Below the pieces are notes generated by a model. The model did no database searches. It was not told where the DNA came from and saw only the letters and a list, made by a program, of their open reading frames with translations. From NCBI GenBank assembly GCA_021740645.1, contig JAIOZL010000022.1, forward strand, positions 2,806 through 66,805: a stretch of DNA of 64,000 nt. The letters are read 5' to 3'. The stretch is from Bacteroidales bacterium. Its GTDB lineage: Bacteria > Bacteroidota > Bacteroidia > Bacteroidales > JAADJA01. The position numbers and the translations under genes are program-made. Of the stretch, positions 57,896-64,000 are shown one piece after another; the stretch's first letter is position 1; each line of letters begins with the position of its first letter.

Positions 57896-58126
57896 TTATT
57901 TTTTAGCTGGCCTGGCTTTAATTTCCTTTAGCTTTTCAATTTCAGCTTTAAGCTCAACATTTTGGTCTTTTGCTTTTTTAAGGAGAGATTTCTGTCGACT
58001 TACTTCCCTCTTCGCCTTTTGTATATCTTCCTCCAATTCTGAGATGTGTGTTCTTTGTTTTTGAATTTCCGTTAAATAGTCTGCTATTTTCTGGTTGAGT
58101 ATTTCTATTTTATTTGTCATGATCAA
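57896..58126 (-). CDS. Small coiled-coil hypothetical protein
   Basis: 76 aa with heptad-rich E/K/L composition. 6 nt downstream of the LysM gene. Confidence 0.35.
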   Translation of the reverse strand: MIMTNKIEILNQKIADYLTEIQKQRTHISELEEDIQKAKREVSRQKSLLKKAKDQNVELKAEIEKLKEIKARPAKK

Positions 58127-58132
58127 TTCAAT

Positions 58133-58645
58133 TTAATAGTAAATTATCAGCTTTTGGCCTGTAATCAATTGGTCAGGATTCTCTATTTTATTGTCTTTAG
58201 CCAGATCTACATATCTATAGCCATTACCATAAACTTTTCGTGCAATTGAATAGAGTGATTCTCCTTCTTTAACTACATAGGTCTTTTCTCTTTTTTTTGT
58301 TTGCTCAGCAAAAGTTTTCAACCTGGCTTTCAATTCCTGATTTTCTTTTGCCAACCGGACATTCTCTGCATTGGTCTGTTCATGAGCAACATTTTCATTG
58401 CTTATTTCCGTATTTACATTTGGATCTATTGCCTCAGTGTCTGCGTTGCCTGAAGTTCCCTTTAAAAACCACATGGCAATAGCTGCAATAAATAGGATCG
58501 TAAACACTATCCCATAGTTAAGCCGGCGTTTCCCCGCCTTTTCAATGGATTGAGTTAAGTGGAATGCCTCAAGATCAGAGTGGCATTCAGGACATAATTT
58601 ATGGTCATCAGTTAAACCTGATTTTCCACACACAGGACAGTTCAT
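58133..58645 (-). CDS. Zinc-ribbon / TM / coiled-coil / LysM domain protein
   Basis: N-terminal CPVC...CPEC, one TM segment, and a C-terminal LysM (YVVKEGESLYSIARKVYG...ITGQKLII). Confidence 0.7.
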   Translation of the reverse strand: MNCPVCGKSGLTDDHKLCPECHSDLEAFHLTQSIEKAGKRRLNYGIVFTILFIAAIAMWFLKGTSGNADTEAIDPNVNTEISNENVAHEQTNAENVRLAKENQELKARLKTFAEQTKKREKTYVVKEGESLYSIARKVYGNGYRYVDLAKDNKIENPDQLITGQKLIIYY

Positions 58646-58796
58646 GATATTTCTTTTTAGTGAGGATAAATTTAAGCTGGCTAAATATATAAAAAAATAG
58701 CCTGCGATGCAAGTTTAGTTTCAGATACCTTAACTAACTTCCCTTCCATGTCTGTTAAAGCCATATAAATTAAACTTATCACAATAAACAAATGTC

Positions 58797-58804
58797 TATT
58801 TTTG
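58797..58804 (+). promoter_or_regulatory. Candidate -7 box (TATTTTTG) for tsaC
   Basis: Matches TAnnTTTG, 23 nt upstream of the ATG at 58827. Confidence 0.35.
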
Positions 58805-58826
58805 CATCCTTAATTATATTGAATAT

Positions 58827-59438
58827 ATGCTGATTAAAATATACCCTGATAATCCCAATCCCAAGGAACTAAGAAAAGTGGTTGAATGCCTGAACGATGG
58901 TGGAGTAGTCATATTCCCGACAGATACGATTTATGCACTGGGTTGTGATATTTACAAAGGGAGGGCCATCGACAGGATTGCAAAAATTAAAGGAATCAAA
59001 AAGGAAAATGCAAACTTTTCATTTTTATGCCATGACCTGAGTCATCTCTCTGATTTTACCAAACCCCTGACCAATGATGTATTTAAGCTAATGAAAAGGA
59101 CGCTACCAGGCCCATTTACCTACATTCTTGAAGCGAACTCCAATGTACCTAAAATATTTCACAGAAAAAAAAGGACGGTTGGGATCAGGGTGCCTGATAA
59201 TAAGATTACGACTGAGATCATCCGTTTATTAGGTAATCCGATGATGTCGACTTCTGTACATGATGACGATGAGATTATTGAGTATACAACCGACCCTGAA
59301 TTAATCCATGAAAAGTACAGCCACCTGGTAGATATTGTTATTGATGGCGGTTTTGGAGACAATGAGCCATCTACTATTATTGATTGTACAAATGATGAAA
59401 TTGAAATTATTAGGGAAGGAAAGGGGATAATATATTAG
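58827..59438 (+). CDS. tsaC: L-threonylcarbamoyladenylate synthase (YrdC/TsaC family)
   Basis: 203 aa. FPTDTIYALGCD, RTVGIRVP, and STIIDCT blocks. Confidence 0.85.
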   Translation: MLIKIYPDNPNPKELRKVVECLNDGGVVIFPTDTIYALGCDIYKGRAIDRIAKIKGIKKENANFSFLCHDLSHLSDFTKPLTNDVFKLMKRTLPGPFTYILEANSNVPKIFHRKKRTVGIRVPDNKITTEIIRLLGNPMMSTSVHDDDEIIEYTTDPELIHEKYSHLVDIVIDGGFGDNEPSTIIDCTNDEIEIIREGKGIIY

Positions 59439-59496
59439 ATATTAGATATTAGATATTAGATTTTAGATATTAGATTTTAGATTTTAGATATTAGAT
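59434..59496. repeat. Heptanucleotide tandem repeat (WTTAGAT)x9
   Basis: Nine perfect in-register ATTAGAT/TTTAGAT units. The first unit contains the tsaC TAG stop (59436-59438). Confidence 0.9.
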
Positions 59497-59524
59497 TTTA
59501 TTTTAAAGAATACCTCTGAAAACG

Positions 59525-59857
59525 ATGCAATCAAAAACGAACATTTTTGAGGTAAAAGAACTTCCTACAAATGAACAAGAAGTAATCTCTAGCCTTCTGT
59601 CAACTGAAGATTTGGAAATTCAAAGGATAGTGACCTTAAAACCATTCGAGAAACCAGGAATTTGGTACAATCAGGATAAGGATGAATGGGTGATATTACT
59701 GAAAGGGAAAGCTGAATTGGAATGGGAACAGGGAGAAACAATCCATCTTTACGCAGGTGATTACATTTTTATTCCCGCACATAAGATTCACAGGATCAAA
59801 CGTTCAGGCAAGGATGAAATTTGTGTATGGCTTGCTATACACGGAAATTTGAAATAA
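59525..59857 (+). CDS. Cupin domain protein
   Basis: 110 aa. G-x5-H-x-H-like beta-barrel pattern (EWVILLKG ... YIFIPAHKIHRI). Confidence 0.6.
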   Translation: MQSKTNIFEVKELPTNEQEVISSLLSTEDLEIQRIVTLKPFEKPGIWYNQDKDEWVILLKGKAELEWEQGETIHLYAGDYIFIPAHKIHRIKRSGKDEICVWLAIHGNLK

Positions 59858-59920
59858 AATAGGTAAAGCGTTTGGATAAATAAAAAAAACACCTAATTTT
59901 GCACCCGCAAATTACGCAAG

Positions 59921-59993
59921 GATTCCGTAGCTCAGCAGGTAGAGCATATGCCTTTTAAGCATAGGGTCCTGGGTTCGAGCCCCAGCGGGATCA
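59921..59993 (+). tRNA. tRNA-Lys (anticodon UUU)
   Basis: Cloverleaf by eye. Acceptor GATTCCG/CGGGATC with one G-U pair, D-loop AGCTCAGCAGGTAGAGC, anticodon stem TATGC/GCATA with loop CTTTTAA, and T-arm CTGGG-TTCGAGC-CCCAG. CCA is not encoded. Confidence 0.92.
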
Positions 59994-59997
59994 CACT

Positions 59998-60036
59998 AAA
60001 ACAAAGGCCTCCTTTCATTGAGAGGTCTTTTGTTTT
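59998..60036 (+). terminator. Terminator hairpin after tRNA-Lys
   Basis: AAAACAAAGGCCTC / GAGGTCTTTTGTTTT long stem ending in a T-run. Confidence 0.65.
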
Positions 60037-60248
60037 AATATATCCAATTCCAAAAAGCATGTTTTAAAATTCGCTGAATTGTCTAATTCACGGTTAATGG
60101 AAAAATTTGAATTCTATTTCTTTATTCTTGTTTTCTTTAATTCCTTACGAATGATAAATGTCCACACCATATGTCATTCAAACTAAAATATTTATACTTT
60201 TGTGAATCATCAGGACATGATCAGGTAGTATATAACTTGCATTTATCA

Positions 60249-62960
60249 ATGAATTTCTCACCAGGGATTTTTTACAGGCTTAAAAAAAGCATAGTGTTTG
60301 TTTTACTTATTGGCATCTTTGCTTCGCTACCTGGGGATTGTTTTATCCAGCCTTCAAAAAATGCACGTTTGAATTGGGATAATTACCTTCTGTCGACCTG
60401 CAAAAAAATCCCAGTAAATGCTGATGGCCCTGATTTAGCTGCACTCCAGAATTACTTCATGACCATCGACCCGGAATTAAAAAGAGTTCCCACAGAAAGG
60501 TTATATAATGCATATATTAAAACTAAAGAATTACGCTCAGCAGTGGACTATAAAACCACGATGGGGCCGGGATGGACAGAAACCGGATCGGATATGGGTG
60601 GGAGAACACGTGCAATTGTCTGGGACCCCAACGACCCGGATGGAACAAAAGTATGGGCAGGAAGTGTCACAGGTGGATTATGGTTCAATAACGATATTTA
60701 CAACGACAGCTCTGATTGGCAACAAGTGAATGACTTTTGGCCGGCACTTTCAATTAGCACAATTGTTTCCGACCCCAACGATCCATTGACCATATATGTT
60801 GGAACCGGAGAATGTGAAACAGCGAGATTAATTTACCGTGAATCATCGGGAGTTGGTTATGGGATTTGGAAATCAACAGATGGAGGAACAAACTGGGAAA
60901 TCATTCCATCTACAGCTTCTTATAAATACATTTCTGACCTAAAAATAAGAGATGAAGACGGACTAAGTGTGGTTTATGCTGGTGTAGTCTCGGGGTATTA
61001 CCAGGGAGTGAATCATAACAGTAGTCCTTCCGAAGGTTTATACAGGTCAACCAATGGAGGATTAAGCTGGCAACAGGTGCTACCCTATATACAAGGAACA
61101 GAGTTAGCCTATGCGCCTGCTGATATTGAAATTGGCCCCACAGGAAGGATGTTTATCGGTACCATGAAAAACCTGAGTGGAGATGGCGGAGCTACTATTC
61201 TTTTTTCCGATCCTGGGACATTAGGAACCTGGATGATTTTTGATGATTATGAGGAAATTATTCAAAATAGCTTTACTTATAATGTCCCGGGCCGTGTAAT
61301 TCTGGCCTGTGCCCCCTCAGATCCAAATAGAATTTATGCCCTGATTGGAGCAGGATGGTTAAATTCTACAAATTTTAATTATGCAGTTGGCAAGTATATT
61401 CTGAGATCAAATGACGGCGGGCTGAGTTGGCAGGAGCGAAATCTTCCCGGCTGGGATCCTGAGTGGGCAAATATTTCATGGCATGCATTTACCGCTTCAG
61501 TTAACCCGGGCAACCCCAACGAAATATATGTCGGGGGAAAGGATGTTTGGAAGTCGACTAACTCAGGAAGCAACTGGTCAAAGGTTTCAGATTGGACCCT
61601 GATGTATTCGGGTGGAGGTGAAGATTATGTACATTGTGATCAGCATCAACAACTCTATAAGGAAGGCTCAAATATTGAAATGTTATTGATTTCAGATGGT
61701 GGAGTGTTTCACACTGGAAATGCCACATCGGGTAATCCTGTTTTTGAAGAAAAAAATAACAACTATTCTACTCTTCAGTTTTATACCTGTGATATCTATC
61801 CTGAGGCCGGGTCCAATTATTTTATTGGAGGTTTGCAGGATAATGGCACTTTGCTTTATTCGGGAGAACCCCTTAAAGTAAGTGATATGATTGATGTGGG
61901 AGATGGAGCTTACTGTTTCTTTGATGAAAATCAACCTCAAATTATGATCACTTCCACTTACTTTAATGTTTACACCATGTTTTATAGCTGGGACTATTTT
62001 GGAACAACAGGTATGGATGGGACAGGGATATTTATCAATCCGGCAGATTATGATAGTGAAAACAACATCCTTTTTGCCAATGCGGTAAAATTTAATGGTA
62101 CGTATCCAAATCAATTACTTCGTATAACAGGTATCCCATATAATCCTTACGAGCAATTAATCACGCTATCAACTGGTTTGAATACCTGGTTTACACATAT
62201 AAAAGTCACTCCTTTTGGGCCGGATGGGAGCACTACCATACTACTGGGATCGCAAAATGGCCGCTTGTTTAAAATTGACAATGCAGATAGTAATCCAGTG
62301 GTTAATGAGATTGGTTCCAATGATTTCCCTTCAGCCTACGTTTCCAGTGTGGACTATGGAGCTTCAGCGGATACGCTGTTAGTTACATTTTCAAACTATG
62401 GGGTCGCTTCGGTTTGGCAAACCTATGATGGGGGAAACAACTGGCAGAACATTTCAGGCAACCTACCCGATATGCCAATTCGCTGGGGTATTTATCATCC
62501 TCAATCGACCAAACAAATAATGCTGGCTACCGAAATTGGAATTTGGGAAACAGCTGATGCCAGTACCGGAGAAGTTATATGGGAACCAGACCCGGTTGTG
62601 CCAAACGTGAGAGTGGACATGTTACAGGTAAGAAAACCTGACAATACTGTATTAGCAGCTACCCATGGCCGGGGTCTTTTTTACTGTTTCTGGAATTTAA
62701 ATATCGCCAGTTCAATTAAAGAAAAAGATCAAATACAAATTGAATTCTTCCCCAACCCTGCTGAAGATTTTATTACCATTAGTTTTAATAAAGATCAATA
62801 CATGGATGTGGTTATTATTAGTCAAAGCGGGAAAACCTTGATAGAGAAAAGGATAATCAGTGAAGAAAAAATTGACCTGAAGGGACTGTCGCAAGGTGTT
62901 TATTTGGTTGCATTGACATCGGGTGATAAAAGCGTTGTAAGGAAAATTATCATAAAATAA
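60249..62960 (+). CDS. Secreted BNR/Asp-box repeat (sortilin/VPS10-like beta-propeller) protein with a T9SS C-terminal sorting domain
   Basis: Asp-box motifs STDGGTNW, STNGGLSW, SNDGGLSW, STNSGSNW, TYDGGNNW. C-terminal FFPNPAEDFITISF...GVYLVAL domain. ATG at 60249 precedes the hydrophobic signal segment. Confidence 0.75.
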   Translation: MNFSPGIFYRLKKSIVFVLLIGIFASLPGDCFIQPSKNARLNWDNYLLSTCKKIPVNADGPDLAALQNYFMTIDPELKRVPTERLYNAYIKTKELRSAVDYKTTMGPGWTETGSDMGGRTRAIVWDPNDPDGTKVWAGSVTGGLWFNNDIYNDSSDWQQVNDFWPALSISTIVSDPNDPLTIYVGTGECETARLIYRESSGVGYGIWKSTDGGTNWEIIPSTASYKYISDLKIRDEDGLSVVYAGVVSGYYQGVNHNSSPSEGLYRSTNGGLSWQQVLPYIQGTELAYAPADIEIGPTGRMFIGTMKNLSGDGGATILFSDPGTLGTWMIFDDYEEIIQNSFTYNVPGRVILACAPSDPNRIYALIGAGWLNSTNFNYAVGKYILRSNDGGLSWQERNLPGWDPEWANISWHAFTASVNPGNPNEIYVGGKDVWKSTNSGSNWSKVSDWTLMYSGGGEDYVHCDQHQQLYKEGSNIEMLLISDGGVFHTGNATSGNPVFEEKNNNYSTLQFYTCDIYPEAGSNYFIGGLQDNGTLLYSGEPLKVSDMIDVGDGAYCFFDENQPQIMITSTYFNVYTMFYSWDYFGTTGMDGTGIFINPADYDSENNILFANAVKFNGTYPNQLLRITGIPYNPYEQLITLSTGLNTWFTHIKVTPFGPDGSTTILLGSQNGRLFKIDNADSNPVVNEIGSNDFPSAYVSSVDYGASADTLLVTFSNYGVASVWQTYDGGNNWQNISGNLPDMPIRWGIYHPQSTKQIMLATEIGIWETADASTGEVIWEPDPVVPNVRVDMLQVRKPDNTVLAATHGRGLFYCFWNLNIASSIKEKDQIQIEFFPNPAEDFITISFNKDQYMDVVIISQSGKTLIEKRIISEEKIDLKGLSQGVYLVALTSGDKSVVRKIIIK

Positions 62961-63179
62961 CAGATTAAACTTTTGTTGCTCTAGCAACTTGGTAATAATA
63001 AATGTTACACCACATCATCAATTTGTGTACTAATTTCATTAAAATAAAAACCCTATACCTAATCTCCAATTTTACTTATTTTTACCAATTATAAATATAT
63101 ATATTTATACAACTTATTAGATATTGATTCTGTCATTTCATTTATAAAACAAAATAATACTAATTCTTAATTTATACTT

Positions 63180-64000
63180 ATGAAACAATTATTTACAATT
63201 TTTTTAATCTGCGCAATGGGAATCGGTATTCACGCCCAGCAGGTCAGCCGTGATATGGTTGTGATTGAAGGTGGAACGGGTTTTTGGTGAGGCTATTGCC
63301 CGGGCGCTGCACTTGGAGCAGTGGAACTCGTAGAAAATGGTCATAATGTGGCAGTAGTTGAAAACCACAATGGTGACTCTTTGGCAAATGTCTATTCTAA
63401 TGCACGAAATAGTTATTATAACATTTCAGGTTATCCAACTTATTTCTTTGATGGAATATTATCTGTTGTTGGGGGTAATGGATCTTCCAGTATGTATAGT
63501 GCATATGTACCAAAGGTTAATCAACGGAATGCTGTTATGTCAGATTTTACTATTGACATCGAATTTGAAGAAGCTGATGGAGATTACCACACAACTATTA
63601 CAGTAGAAAATGTTGGAGGAAATACTCTTACAGGCCTCGTTCTCCAGGTAGTTATAACTGAATCTAAACTTCCTATTGTTTGGGGATTGACACAAGAACA
63701 AGACTTTACAAACAGATTAATGGTGCCTAATCAGACCGGAACTCCACTAAGCTTCACCAGCGGATCAACGCAAATTGTGGAGCTGGATTTTTCTACTGCC
63801 AGTTTTTGGGATATCGACAATTGTGAAATCATTGCATTTGTGCAACACAATCCAACAAAAGAAATATTACAAGGATCGAAAAAATTTATGGCTATGGCAC
63901 TTTATTCTCTTGATGCCGAAGCTAAAGCTGTTAAATATCCTACCGGACTATTTTGCGGTTCTTCCGTTGAACCCGTTGTTCTAATCAAAAACATGGGTGC
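63180..64000 (+). CDS. Signal-peptide thioredoxin-fold protein (3' end outside the window) with an in-frame TGA at 63288-63290 in place of the first Cys of a WCxxCP motif; candidate selenoprotein or disrupted gene
   Basis: ATG at 63180 is followed by MKQLFTIFLICAMGIGIHAQQVSRDMVVIEGGTGFW, then TGA, then GYCPGAALGAVELVENGHNVAVVENHNGD... I read codon by codon and found no further stop through base 64000 (236 codons). It is absent from the ORF track because of the TGA and the lack of a terminal stop. Confidence 0.6.
63301..63330 (+). promoter_or_regulatory. Hairpin 11 nt downstream of the in-frame TGA (candidate bacterial SECIS)
   Basis: Lower stem 63301-63304 pairs with 63327-63330. A GAA bulge sits on the 3' side. 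Upper stem 63305-63310 pairs with 63318-63323. The loop is ACUUGGA. Total 10 bp including two G-U pairs. Confidence 0.3.

Noticed and set aside
63288-63290. The in-frame TGA might reflect an alternative genetic code (TGA read as Trp or Gly).
   Set aside because: TGA terminates several well-delimited genes in this window at their expected domain ends. Examples are the histidine kinase at 21178-21180, the ThrB-like gene at 14035-14037 and the DapA-like gene at 14946-14948. Code 11 therefore applies, which leaves Sec recoding, a pseudogene or a base-call error as the options.
63298-63305. The GCCCGGGC palindrome just after the TGA might be the SECIS stem.
   Set aside because: An 8-nt self-complementary sequence cannot form a hairpin with a viable loop. 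The 63301-63330 bipartite hairpin is the more plausible structure.

Overview
AT-rich chromosomal segment that looks like Bacteroidota. Evidence for this: type IX secretion C-terminal sorting domains, a TonB-dependent receptor with a carboxypeptidase-regulatory-like N-terminus, TAnnTTTG-type -7 promoter boxes, and no obvious Shine-Dalgarno sites. Content is mostly housekeeping: dnaE, sucC, ndk, serC-serA, purB, pyrK-pyrD, trxA, cdaA, tsaC, csp, and tRNA-Lys(UUU). Between these sit small accessory operons. No rRNA, CRISPR, transposase, integrase or phage genes were seen. The strongest lead is at the 3' edge (63180 to 64000). A signal-peptide, thioredoxin-fold gene is missing from the ORF track because a single in-frame TGA falls where the first Cys of a WCxxCP motif belongs. 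It reads GTGFW-TGA-GYCPGAA, and a hairpin starts 11 nt downstream. This is a candidate UxxC selenoprotein; the alternatives are a point-mutated pseudogene or a base-call error. Other leads: (1) a NikR / TonB receptor / RcnA-like nickel locus with GTGTTAC-N13-GTGTYAC boxes abutting two start codons; (2) four copies of a TTACA-N2-TGTAA palindrome upstream of an XRE regulator; (3) three separate intergenic heptanucleotide microsatellites plus a C-tract (G4/i-motif-type) element; (4) a response regulator broken by a 1-nt indel in an A-run; (5) a fused CitD-CitE citrate lyase with no activation genes nearby; (6) a symporter-GNAT-M20-double-racemase operon; (7) a DapA-like/ThrB-like/SDR operon; (8) an operon of three exported Cys-motif proteins. 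All protein calls rest on motif recognition by eye, not on database searches.
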